Assembly: GCF_964204645.1 (NCBI RefSeq)
Contig: NC_134026.1
Location: 26,694,150 to 26,758,149 of the forward strand
Reading direction: 5' to 3'
DNA: 64,000 nt
DNA from: Tubulanus polymorphus
Taxonomy: Eukaryota; Animalia; Nemertea
The notes under the pieces are model-generated. The model searched no databases. It saw nothing but the letters and a program-made list of their open reading frames with translations, and was not told the DNA's origin. Position numbers and translations under genes: made by a program. Below are positions 14,597 through 52,087 of the stretch, in pieces; positions within the stretch are counted from its first letter, which is position 1; each line of letters opens with the position of its first letter.

Positions 14597-15230
14597 TAAC
14601 CTCATGAATGAAGTTAACCTGTTCAAAACTTGAAAAGTGAAAATGTGATGATCAGTTCTCAGTGTATGTTGATGTTGTTATGGAACAATTTTGTTAATTG
14701 TATATTGTATCAAATGTAAGAAAAATATTTATAATGCCGCCGCAAGACATCACTCATTGATTTTAAAAGTCTCTAGTCAAAAACGAAATAAAGAGAATTA
14801 ATTATTGTATATAAGTATATTTTTCTTGTATTTTCTTTAATGGAAAGGCACAAAGGAGTAGAACAGTCCTGAAGTAAACACTGGCATATCCTGCGATGCT
14901 TGATATGGGATGAGGGTATCCCAAGTTTGAAGCCCTGTTTACCGATAGGCTGAATCAAAAACTAAGCTCGAATAAAATCGCATCATCTATTTCTGATCGG
15001 CGGAGATAGGGCTGCCATCCTCGGCCCGCCCGCTGTCAGATACAATTGAATATTGAAGATCAGTTTCTGTCGGTAAATAGTTGGTTAATGGCGGCGCCCA
15101 TGAACCAGTGTACAACTCCCAAAAATCGGAATTAACAAGCATTTAGCCCAATCATAGACATTAAGAGATATAAATCTTGTAAATGCTAACAATATCGTTT
15201 GCTAAATTATCATAAAAGCTTATCCAAGGT

Positions 15231-16610
15231 ATGGTTTGGCGTAGGATAGCGTCAAAATTAGCGGCTACTGCCGGTTTAGTTTCTGGTGGAACTGCCATCT
15301 GGTGGTGTTCAGATAAAACTAAACAGCAAAACACTGTTTACGCTTCTTGGACATCAGGATTTGTACCAAGCGTCAAGTGGGACTTTAATTGGGATAGGTA
15401 AGTATGAAATGCTCAATGCTTCCTTTTATATTTGCCTATTAGGTTCTGGCAAGCCCTCGGCCTCTCTCAACAACATGTGAATACCACCATGAATTGTTTC
15501 ATTTGCAGACGGAATCCTGAAGACTTGGTGAAACCAGTAGAGGATAAGAATGACGAGGCTCAGATAGCGGAGCGAAAAAAGAAAATCAAGGAGCTAAAAC
15601 CTACTGCTGTGCGTCATTTGATATTGATAAGACATGGCCAGTATCACATGAATGGTTCAGACAAAGGAACATTGACATCGCTAGGTAGGCATTATACCGT
15701 ACTGCATGTAGATATATAATAATTGAAATCAAAAGACAAGTTTGTAACAGATGTTGATTATTACAGGTCAAGAACAAGCAGCTTTCACAGGGAAAAGATT
15801 GCAGGAACTTGGTTTTGATTATGATTTCATGGTATATTCTACTATGCCTCGAGCCACGGAAACCGCAGAAATCATTCATAAATTTCTACCTAATGTTGAA
15901 ATGACATCTTGTAATTTCCTACGAGAAGGATCCCCAATCCCGCCAGAACCACCAATAGGAAATTGGAAGCCAGAAGCACAAGTATGTTAAGTTAACCATA
16001 TCTATTATAATCAATCATCTGTATTTCTAAATCCTTGTTTTATTGATGCTAATTTTTAGGAATTCTTCGAGGATGGAGCTCGAATTGAAGCTGCATTTAG
16101 GAAATACATACATCGTGCTGATCCTAGTCAAACTAAAGACAGTTATGAAATTTATACTTGTCATGGGAATGTCATCAGATATTTTGTTTGTAGGTTAGTA
16201 TATATAGTTTATTCGTTGTTCTATAGTGTGTCCTATTTTCTCGTAGTTTTATGAAGATGGTGCTCGAATTGAGGCTGCATATAGGAAATATATTCATAGA
16301 GCTGATGCTAGTCAATCCAAAGATAGTTATGAAGTCTATGTATTTCATGCAAATGTCATCAGATATTTTGTGTGTAGGTAAGGTAATTAGCATTAATGTT
16401 GGTGTCTAAAACGATTTTGAAAGCATTCTGTTTATTTGTGCATGATTTATGTTTTTCAGAGCTCTACAATTTCCACCTGAAGCTTGGTTACGTCTTTCAC
16501 TACACAACGGTAGTATAACATGGTTGACTGTTAGACCTAATGGACGTGTTACATTACGTGAACTTGGTGATTGTGGACATATACCTGCAAATAAACTATC
16601 AACTTCATAA
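15231..16610 (+). CDS. PGAM5: Mitochondrial Ser/Thr/His protein phosphatase PGAM5, with a duplicated fourth coding exon
   Basis: Exons 15231-15397, 15509-15684, 15767-15981, [16060-16193 or 16247-16377], 16460-16610. Motifs: N-terminal hydrophobic anchor, WDFNWD, LIRHGQY (catalytic His), [43 protein letters not shown]. Confidence 0.96.
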
Positions 16611-16784
16611 CATTCATTGGTGATTTTATTCGGTGTACCATTTAACAGTGACGTGTATCAGATCTGTTCATTTTGTACTTAATTTGATCATGTAGAAATT
16701 AAAACATTTATGTTGTGATATGAATAAATATCTATCGTGGTTCTAAGCACGTCATATTTTTCTTATGGGGTTAATTTAATTGGC

Positions 16785-16840
16785 TTTTTGGAAAACTTTA
16801 AGGCCCTGATTTTTCCTTACTTTTCTTCACAACAATGTAA
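16785..16840 (+). repeat. Dispersed repeat fragment; second copy at ~43891-43945
   Basis: Shared TTTTGGAAAA...AAGGCCCTGATTT...TTCACAA.AATGTA. Both copies lie just past a gene 3' end (PGAM5, RIMBP2). Confidence 0.5.
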
Positions 16841-17629
16841 AAAGTCCTGAAAGAGCTACTTATTGACTTGAAGTAATCTGAACATTTTTTGTCGCAGGAT
16901 TCGTAATTACGTGTAGGTGTCATCAGTGCATTAACATAAACAATTAACATTTCCTAGTGTATGAATAACAGGTGAAATTTATTGGTCCGTGAGACATGAA
17001 GAAATTGCAAACCACTCACTTAGTAGAATATGGAATGTAAAGCGAAACATGGGGATTCTAATTTAGCAGGCCGGTGTGGGAGCTCAACAAAGAGTGAATT
17101 GAATTGAATAATTCGGAATAAGGTTGGACGGTCCGATCCATGTGTCCAACGGGCACTTGCCCATAGGAATCCCCGAATTACGTCATTGGGAAACTAACGC
17201 TCGTATCAACAAAACTAAAGTTATGAAGTTTTTCGGAAATATTTTACGTTAGTATTTGAAATAGCCTGTTGTTAATAGAATTATTTGAAGTGATTCTTTT
17301 TTGATTGAACATTGAAGAATAATGAAGTTAGATAATTATGCATTATATTATACCCTATCGAATGGAAACTGAACAGAAACAACCAGAATTCCTACTACTT
17401 ACCAGATGCCAGCAGAAGAAAGTTAAAATTTCCCCTCCCCCAACAATCAAAAAACCATGCTTACCAGTGCGAAAAATGAATACACCAGACAATTGAGATA
17501 CTGAACCAGAAATCACCATAACGTTACATTCTTATCAAACATTTGCCTCAAAATTGGTTCATTTAATATTCATTTCCAGGCTTAATAACAACTATTGATT
17601 AGCCTTTAGGGCTAGGCCTACTCCTGAAA

Positions 17630-42095
<24,466 letters not shown>

Positions 42096-43774
42096 CATTG
42101 TGCTACTGATTGCGTGATGATTGGATATACTTGAAATCAAGGTTAAAGATGAATCTCATCCACTGAAGATCAAACACATTATATACATATCACATATCAA
42201 TTAAGAGCGCTATCATCTAAGAAGCTACTTACAACCGAAACATTGTAGTAAAACCGTTGTGAGAATGTTTGTATGTGTAAATACGTATATACTGTATGTT
42301 TTATATACAAGTAGTAAAGGAATGAATGATGTGCCTTTATTGCAGATCCATTTACTGCATATATAAATAATAGTTACACTACCAACCGATATTGATAATC
42401 AACCAGCTACATGTAATCATATCTTATATGTATGTTGTAATAATGTCAGGTATTAGAATTTGTGTGAAAAGTTAGTTGATCTAGGACACTTTGAAATTCA
42501 TAATTCGAAAAAAGAGATGAATGAACATCTCTTTGTTAAAAGCACACGTGACAGTATATTGACGTATCCTAATACTTTATCATATGCATGCTAAATGTTA
42601 GCAAATACGTATTTGAATGTATGAAGGTGAATAGGTTCGTTATACAAAATTGGCTTCAATGGAATTCAACTGAAAATAAACTCTTCAAAAAGAGTGTGAG
42701 TGTATATATTAACATTCAGTATTAAATTTAACCATTCAACCTAACAAAAACAGCCTATTCCAGAATCTTCATTTGGGCTGAAATGTAATGAAACTAGGTA
42801 TGTAGTAATTGGTCATGTTAGGCTCTAGAATTCAAACTACATATGAATCTAGTCCTCATTGCAAGCAAATCAATAAATTCACAATGTGATGAAAAATGTT
42901 TAAAAAGTTATATACTACTAGTCAACTTACAGATTGTAAACATACATTAGACCTCAAACATGGTATATTTATTTGAAAATTTTCAGGAGCAAGGGATTTG
43001 CTTGTCTCAAATAATGTAGGATTATATATGATTGGATATTATTCTAGAATCATGTATATGATTGGGACCATGTTCATACATTCATAAAAATGTGAATGAC
43101 ACAATTAATTGTAATTTTATATTCATCACATAATCATAAATTATGTTACTAAGTATTCAGCAGTGGTCATTATCATGAGAGCAATTCAGATATCTAATTT
43201 TGCTTCTAATCTAGAAACGCGCAATTAGATTAGTTTATTTTCTGCATTATTTCCAGGCACGTAGCAGCATAAACCACGTAGTATAAAACCTTAAAAGGTA
43301 TGATTGGTATTTTAGTGTAGATCAATAATTATTAGCTGTGATATATCATTAGTGTATTGTATAGATGGTAATATATACAGAGTTTGTAAATAACTCAAGG
43401 AAAGATGTGGAGCAACCATTTTCTTCCATTATTAAATCATGGTCAGTTTATTGCTTGAATCACAGTTTATTTATCAAATGATGAAAATACATTATTGTTT
43501 CCAGTTATTGAATGAAATTATCATTGTTCGGTCACATAAAAAGTACAGCAAAGCTAAGCTAAAAACAGTAGCAAAAATCTCTCCATCTATCTGTTTGTAG
43601 CCTAGTTCCGCTGTATCTTTTAAATGAAATCAGATTATTTATTATTTATGTAGAAGTCTGCTCACCTGTTAAAAGATTGTTTGTTAGAGGATTTTATTTA
43701 TTACATAATTTGTACCATTAACGATAACTGTATGTACATGTATGTATAAACCCATCGAGGGATTAAATGTACCA

Positions 43775-43780
43775 ATAAAT
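43775..43780 (+). terminator. Candidate distal poly(A) signal of RIMBP2 (3'UTR about 1.7 kb)
   Basis: AATAAA preceded by several TGTA motifs at the end of an AU-rich UTR-like tract; earlier AATAAA hexamers also exist. Confidence 0.45.
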
Positions 43781-44436
43781 ATATTTTCTAGTAAAATATC
43801 AGTCAGAGTTCAATTCCTTCATTCATTGGGCGAATATAATTCCATGGGTATGGTTTTTAGCACGTCAATGTAGTGCCAATTCGTGCTTTCTTTTGGAAAA
43901 AATTTGTCAAGGCCCTGATTTCTGATAATTTTTCACAAAAATGTACGTCAAAATATGCACCTTTATCTTGGAAGTTAACTGAATATTTGTCATAGCATTT
44001 AAATAGTGGCCCGGAATAGTTGATACTCTGTATTGATCAGTATTGTAGTAGATGCATCTAGATCCAGTGATGATATCATTACTGAAGTAATTTTTTTACA
44101 CTTACTACCGGTATATATGAAATACATAACATCCAACTCCGATATCACTCGGACACATTTTATGGTCCCAAAAGATTTGACTTGAGCGAAGTCTACTGTA
44201 CATCACGACTGCGATGAGTAATAACTAATTCAATACTTAATCCTCACGTATTTGAGTTTACAATAAAGACACGATTTACATAAAATTTGTTTATTACTTC
44301 CAGAGATACTTTACAATGATAAATACAAAATGAGAAACAGTACAAAATTCAATTCACAATGCTCTCCCCATACTTTTACATGTAGTAAGATTGCACAAGC
44401 ATGTCATAATTCAGTGAGCGATTGTCTTTCAGTAGT

Positions 44437-47199
44437 TTACCATGAAGGTGCGGTGTTTGCTAATCGACGCATTCGCCTAAAAATATAAAATAGTTCGTAT
44501 TCAGAATTCTGAAAGGTATCAACATTCGACATGTCAGTACACAGTATACATAGAGGATGTACACACCTGGTGTTTCTGTCTTGATCTCTGATCTTTTTCT
44601 CCATCTCTGCATCTGTCAATGACTCGAGGAATGGGCACCATTGATCTGATTCATTCTGATTTCTAAATGCCAGTTCTATCTGTGGTAATGGCGCTTCACT
44701 GAAACATATTTACATTATTGTAATTAAATCAAATGTACTGTAGTTTTACCATTAATTCTACAATCATTCACTACTACTCTACCTAAATGCGTATGTTCTT
44801 TGGTGCCAGCTCAACTGTCCACGAATGCTGTATGCTATTGATGTTACAAATTCACCTCCAAGACCTAAATGGTTAATTACAATAAACCCTCGAGTTACTT
44901 ATTTCAAATATACAGAGTTAAAAGAATTTCTTAGTTCTTAATTACCTAATTCAGCACAGAGTTTAGTTGCAAATTCTTCGGGACTATTTTCTGGTTCAGA
45001 CATATCCCATTCAAATTGATCAACTAACGATATATTTCCCACATGGATGTTCAACTGAAAATATAGGTAACATACATCGAAAATGAATCTTCTAAAAAAG
45101 TGATATATGTGATACCATGGATTAGAGTCCATGGTGATACAAATGAAATTCGTCATTACTTTTAAGATAACCCTTTGATCCAACTGTTCTTCTATAATGT
45201 TATCTGCTGGAAATGCTTCAATCTGTTGTCTGATTGCCTGAGCTATGGCTGCCACAAAATTCATCGGATTTAAATCCAAATCATCGCATAGAATCTCGGC
45301 AAATTGTTCTGGAGTAATCAATGTTTCTAAAAATACAATCAATTTACATAAAATCAGGAACATCTTATACAATTAAATAAAACATTTCGAAATAAAATGC
45401 TTGTTGGTATTGATATATTATTACCATTTTTATTCCATGTGAAACAATCTCTGAGCTTTTGACCTTCAATTTCCATATCGAGTCTAATTGGTACAAGAAC
45501 CTCAGCCTGACGGGCATTTTCATGCATTGCAGCTGGATCCAAGTCATCAAAACTGTAAGAAACATAATATGACAACATAATGTCATTCTTCAACCAAAGT
45601 CAAGGTTTAGACCACTATGATACTTACCACAATGGGAATGTTCTCATCTTATTTTTGGACATTCGATTACGATTAATTGGCGTTGAACAAGGTACAGCAT
45701 CTAAATGATGTGAACTACTGGGGACAGTGGGCACCCAGTTATTACCACGTTTGTTTCTAGATTTACTATCGCTGAAATAAAGAAGCACAATTATCTCTCA
45801 TTATCATAGATTCATCTCTCTATAGAGAATGAGCATAATTGACAAATATACCTAGCAGGCGTCTGATCAGCTCCTACTGATACTGCCTTGTATTTATCAT
45901 CCCTTCCTTCGAATATCTCATCCACTTCAGACGCTTTTAGTAAAGTGATATTTGTAGCTAGGGTATGCTGACCAAAACCAGCTGCAAAATTAAAAGATAA
46001 GATTTACATATATTAATCTAATTGAAACAACTGAATGGGGTACAAAATACTGAATAACACAAGAAATGGAACAACAGAGGCTGAAAAAAAAACAGCTTAT
46101 CATGCTAGCTAATTACAGTCATACAGAACTGCTGAAATATTATTGGCTGCCCATTCCCATCTAATAACTAACTGTTGAATATATGATATTAAGAATTAGC
46201 GAAGCAATTGAATGACTACATCTTCAAAGACAAATATTCTTATGTTAGTAAAATAACCATCACTTTAAGATGATGCAGTTACTCAATAAGTAATACTTCT
46301 CAAGAAAAGACACCGGCTAATTGTTAGAAAGCAAGAAATAATGTTTAGCATTTGATGAATAACACTTGAATTTTACTGCTCTGTATAAAGAGAATCGGAA
46401 TGATGCTGTAAAAAAACTGGGAAATCTAGATTATAATAGACTTCAAAACATTATTTTCGTATCAACTGACAAGCAAAGGGATTGGTTAAGATACTAAAAT
46501 GTCTAGAGTAAGTAATATTGTGTGATATGTTTGACTTTAAACCTACCTGCAGCTTTAACTGATACACCTGTAAAATGAACATATGTCAAACCACAGCCAA
46601 CCAAGCAATAATAAAACAAAGTATATAGAAGCAGAAAACAAAACTTCTAACCATGCAAGTATATTCACATGCTGTGTATGAATATATTAGAATTCATTGA
46701 GGGAAATTCTATGTCGATTTGTTTTTTAAGATATTCCTCACATGCTGAACACACACATCAATGTGACAAATATAGATAGTTAAATGTCTGTACCTAAAGC
46801 GGCTATTCTTTTTCTTTCCTCAACTGAAACCAATCTTCTCCACAATGAAGGATAACGTTTATACAATGAACCTCTGAACATTCGCAAATAATTTCCAACC
46901 TGTCGACGAAATAGAAGAACAAAGTTATGAATAAACAAATTCTAACAAAAAACTTATCTTCTTAGTCAGACTTAACTGTTTCAGTTAGTAAATAGTACGA
47001 CTGTTTTATGAAAACAAAGACCTTTTATCGCTGGTCTTATCGTGTTAACGAATGAACCATAAAACAACATATATCAAAATTATCTGTTAGTTACCTCAGA
47101 TCCGATGTAATAATAATCGCCATCATCTTCGATCTGGAAAGGGATAGGTTTTTCACCGAAAGTTCGAGTTCCACAAATTAACGAATTCGGCGTCGCCAT
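44437..47199 (-). CDS. SMARCB1: SWI/SNF core subunit SNF5/INI1
   Basis: Exon 1 47199-47095 [35 protein letters not shown]; exon 2 46899-46794 [22 protein letters not shown]; microexon 46567-46547; exon 45981-45852 [13 protein letters not shown]; then [46 protein letters not shown] and the C-terminus [19 protein letters not shown]. Confidence 0.98.
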
Positions 47200-47659
47200 T
47201 TTGAACTGTAGGTGGCGCCACATACGAGTACATATCCTCACTTGCCACGCCAGCATAAAGTGTAGCCGTAGTTTAGAAACGACTGTCAAACACACCCTTC
47301 TTACGTGATGAAGCGAAAGCTCGTATCTTATACTTAAATAGTTTACGTCCTTATTATCTGCCTCCACGTTTTACTGAAACGTAGGATTCAAATTCTTTTT
47401 GCTGAGGTTCCAGATGATCAAAAGGAAAAAGGAGTGTGCTAAAAGTTTAAATCCGCTGAGATTTGTCCATTCATAAAAAGAATTGTTAGATTTTATTTTC
47501 TTAAAACACAACAATTTATTGGGCTGCATCTATAGCTAAATTATAAGTCCTCTAATCGTACATTTCTATGACACAAATCATAGTTATCTTAATATCAACA
47601 CACTCTAGGTCAATTCATATTTTACAAAATGTTCATATTTTTGAAAAAAGTATCTTTGA

Positions 47660-48341
47660 TTATTCATCTAGTGATTCAGTACTTTCTTTCAGTGCCTTTC
47701 TCTTCGCTCTTTCCAGAAGTCTCTTCTCCCTTTCAAATTCTTTCATTCTCATTATAAAACTGAAAAATTCAAAATGTTTAGACATTTCAATCATAGTTCA
47801 GTACATGCAAGAGCCTGTTGTTTACTTGTGAACTTGAAAACATGAACTTGTAAAGACTTACATATTCGCAATTATCGAACAAGATTTTTCAAATAAAAAC
47901 TCACTCATTATGTTGACATGTTTCCCATTCATGTAATTCATGTTTACATTTTATATTCCAGGGCATATTCTCTTTTTTGCATCTCATGAAATCAATGTAG
48001 AGATGAGCACAATAATCTCGTTTATCTAGTGGCAAATTAGCAGCTTGCATTTCTTCATAAGATGCGATACAAACTGAAAATACAAAGTACGAGAAATGAA
48101 TGCGGAGCTACAAACTCTACCGTTAATGGCATATCAGAATAACAGCATTAAAAGATGCCTGAAATCATTGAAATATAATGCATTGATGATTGGAATTGTC
48201 ATTGACTTGACAAATTTAAATAGGCCTACCTCTTTCTTTCCTGCCATTTGGAAATCCATACATCGCATCAAATGTTGGTTCTTCTTTATAATTAGGAGTT
48301 GTATCGGGGTGGCTTATATACGACGAGTACCACTGTCCCAT
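47660..48341 (-). CDS. NDUFB7: NADH:ubiquinone oxidoreductase subunit B7 (B18)
   Basis: Exons 48341-48230, 48073-47905 and 47759-47660 (absent from the ORF track): MGQWYSSY...PTFDAMYGFPNGRKERVCIASYEEMQAANLPLDKRDYCAHLYIDFMRCKKENMPWNIKCKHELHEWETCQHNDFIMRMKEFEREKRLL...; twin CX9C motifs and N-terminal Gly. Confidence 0.96.
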
Positions 48342-48577
48342 TTTGGTTACTTTTAAAATCAAAGCCGAAAAAACCTATTAACCCAACAACACGGAAGTGA
48401 ACGCACTGGGTAACAACATTCTGCGGGTAATTCCAAACCCGTGTAGTAGTGTTTCCCGAAAAGTATCGTATGCGTAACCATACATTTTTTTAATTTAATT
48501 TCCGGGTTCCGAAAAATAGAAATGGAAAAGTAAACTGTAAAGTAAACTTAGATACTCCTGCAAGCTGTCTGGAGATA
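48342..48577. promoter_or_regulatory. Bidirectional promoter NDUFB7 / NEK8
   Basis: Divergent start codons only 236 bp apart; ETS/GABP-type CGGAAGT at 48392-48398. Confidence 0.7.
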
Positions 48578-51500
48578 ATGGAGAAATATGAACGCATCAG
48601 AGTAATTGGTAGAGGTGCTTACGGGTATGTAAAGCTTTTCATATTCAAAATTACTTATTGGTCACAAACAATACACATATCTGCTTGTTGGTGACGAACG
48701 AAGTTGTTGTGGTTACCCCCCCCCCCTTCTGGTAATAATTAAATTGTCCACCAATTTATTATATTTTCATATTTTCATAGTTCTAGAATGAATACTTTGA
48801 TATGTTACAGCACTGTTTACCTAACAAAGCGTATACATGATGGGAAATTAGTCATCGTCAAACAAATACCAGTTGAACAAATGACTAAAGATGAACGGCA
48901 AGCAGCATTAAATGAAGTGAAAGTTCTATCAATGTTGTCTCATCCGAACATTATTGAATATTATGAAAACTATTTAGAAGATAAAGCATTGATGATTGTA
49001 ATGGAATATGCTCAAGGAGGAACATTGTTTGAGTATATCCAACAGAGGAATGGTAATCTGATGGAAGAGGAGGTATCTATATTGAGCTTATAAGAAATTC
49101 TAACAATTGTTTAATCATGACTCATGATCCCCTAATTCGATTTTAAATTTTAGGATATCCTGAAATTCTTTGTGCAAATGCTTCTTTCACTGCATCATGT
49201 GCATTCAAAGCAAATTCTGCACAGAGATTTGAAAACGCAAAACATATTACTTGACAAGAAAAAGGCTGTTGTAAAGATTGGAGACTTCGGCATATCAAAA
49301 GTGTTAAGCAGCAAAAGTAAAGCGTATACTGTAAGTTGATATAAGTTGATATTAACTATTTCGAAGTTTTCACTAAACGTTTTTTTTCCTACTGTGCAAT
49401 AATCTTTTGCTCAAATTAATATATTGTAGGTAGTTGGAACTCCATGTTATATTTCTCCAGAACTATGTGAAGGCAAACCATATCCTTTAATAAAATGAAT
49501 AATGCTGTTGAAGCATATTGTGGAGTCTAGTTTAGAGAGTTATAACGAAACCTGTAAATTCTTTAACTTAAGTACATATAATCAAAAGAGTGATATATGG
49601 GCGTTAGGATGTGTTTTATATGAAATAGCTAGTCTCAAGAGAGCATTTGAAGCTGCTGTAAGTATTTTCTTCCTTATACAGCTTTTATCAATGTGCTGAT
49701 AGCTATGCATTAATTGTCCATGTCGTTGTTTATTGTCTAGAATTTGCCAGCACTTGTGTTGAAGATTATGCGTGGCACTTTTGCGCCCATATCTGAACAT
49801 TACAGCGAAGAACTGAGATCCTTAATCCTTAGTATGCTTCATCTCGATCCGAACAAACGACCAAACATTAATCAAATCATGGCTCAGCCCATTGTGATAA
49901 ATCATCTAATGAATCTTTACACTGATATGGGGAAGGTACCATCCACTCGGTAAGAACCTCGAACATATAACAGGGCATATAGTATGACTACAGATGAGTT
50001 ATGTTTTTTAAAAATGATTTAAACGATTTCAGAATCCATCATCCAATAAATGTCTCATCAACAAAAGTTAACAAACAGAAAAGAGTAGCAATTGCATCTC
50101 AACAGAAAGGTACTTTCAAAATCATCATTCTGTTTCTAAGATAATCCTATTACCTTCATATTATCGAGATACTGGTAACTATGTTTTCCTTTATTTTTTA
50201 GGGACAACTCAGAGCATTATGTCAGAATCTGAAGTAGTGAAGTACTTTACTCATTGTTCGATTTTCACTTGGGGTAATGGCATCAATACTCCTTTTCAAT
50301 TGCCTCTTCCGTCAGCTGAAATAGAGATTACCCAAGTTGCTGCTGGCCGAACTCAAAAAGCTGCTGTTACTAAGAGTGGAAGAGTTATCATCTGGGAGGT
50401 AGTCACGTTAAATTTTTGTCTGCATTTTATCGTCATCGAATACACAGTACTCGATACATTGTATCAAAATTTCAGGTATCTAGCATTGATTCTGAATCAC
50501 CATTACCAGGATCGAGTTATGTTGGACCTACATATATACCAAGATTTCTTGAGGGTCAATCTGCAGTTACTATTCAACATGTAGCTTGTGGAGACCTGTT
50601 CACCGCTTGTTTGACTGGTATGTGGATGAAATTTCCTACATTAATGCCAAATATTGAGACATATTCTTTATCAAACCATGATTTGTAGATCGCGGCATAA
50701 TGATGACATTTGGTAGTGGGGCTAATGGCTGTCTAGGTCATGGAAATTTTCATGATATCTCTCATGTAAGAAATCTTTCTACTGTTTGCTTCTTATTCGA
50801 CTGAAGATTGATGTTTCTATGCTTTATTCATTAAAATGTCTTATTTCAGGCTAAAATTGTGGAAGCGTTACTTGGATATGAAGTTGCTCAGGTTTCATGT
50901 GGAGCATCACATGTGTTGGCAGTCACAAATGACCATGAAGTATTTGCTTGGGGACGTGGGGAACATGGTATGTGTAAAAATGTATATTCTTTTGAGAATC
51001 AATTTTTTCTCCTTAAATTCAAACTTCTCCTTTATTAAACTGTGTTTTCATAGGTCGTCTCGGGCTTGGAAATAATGAATCATGGTCTGTACCTCAGTTG
51101 GTGGTTGTGAATGGAGATTTTGAACCTCAATCAGTGCAATGTGGTGTGGACTGTTCAATCATGATTACTACTGGTGGTCGGCTTCTATGCTGTGGTAGTA
51201 ACAGGTAAAAATTATCGAATTATATGACAAAATCAACGCAAAAATGTATTACATCAATGGGTGAGTATCAGGTACCAGTAATTCTTTTCTTAAAAGATTC
51301 AATAAGTTAGCATTAAATGGAGAAGAACAAGAATCAGTGGGAGCAAATTATTTCACACCAGTTTCTTCAAGAGGCTTCGATGATTTAAAAACTAAATCTG
51401 TTGCCATTGGTACATCACATACTGCTGTAGTTACAGGTAAAAATTTCATCATTCAGCTTTTGATTTGTCCTGCAACAAAGCTCAACGATGCAATGAATTT

Positions 51501-52087
51501 GTCTTTCTAGAATGTGGACAGTGTTATACTTTCGGTTCAAATCAATTTGGACAGCTTGGACATGATAATCCATATCCAAGTATAGTTCCTACACTTCCTA
51601 CTGAAGACATTACTATGGTTTCGTGTGGAGATACATTTACAACTGCTGTTACTAATGGTAATCAGTTTCGCATCATTCGTTTCAGCAAGATTTTTAACTA
51701 AACTTTAATCCATTGAAAAATCTTTCAGATGGCAAAATATATTCATGGGGCAAAAAATCAAGAGGAAGGCTCGGACGTGGCAATGAAAATATTACAACTC
51801 CGTCCGAAGTGAAATTACCAGTCAAAGAGATATTTGTAGTTGTTGACATGTCGTCAAGTCATAGCAGTACATTAGCAGCTACAAAACGTAAGTTCTCAGA
51901 TCACAATTATCACCGATATTTTTGGAGTTTCTGGAGGTTTTTTATCTCTTGTTTTGATATTTCAGCCGTCAATCGGTTAGTATTAAATGCCCAAATGCCA
52001 GTTGAAAATCACAAGCCAACACAGCACATTTCAACAATTACTGGCACGCAGTCTGATGATTTGGAAACTGTTTACGAAGTACACTAA
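48578..52087 (+). CDS. NEK8: NIMA-related kinase 8 (kinase domain plus RCC1 repeats)
   Basis: [112 protein letters not shown]; RCC1 repeats ([46 protein letters not shown]). Contains one AT-AC intron. Confidence 0.96.
49480..49575 (+). other. U12-type (minor spliceosome) AT-AC intron in NEK8
   Basis: 5' site ATATCCTTT, branch TTCTTTAAC at 49559-49567, 3' AC; removal restores CC|A (Pro) in [11 protein letters not shown]. Confidence 0.95.

Noticed and set aside
15088-15135. 15-codon uORF (MAAPMNQ...) upstream of PGAM5
   Set aside because: ATGGCGGC is also a common promoter motif and may lie outside the mature mRNA; no support for translation.
48400-48420. X-box in the NEK8 promoter
   Set aside because: Only a GGTAAC half site is present.
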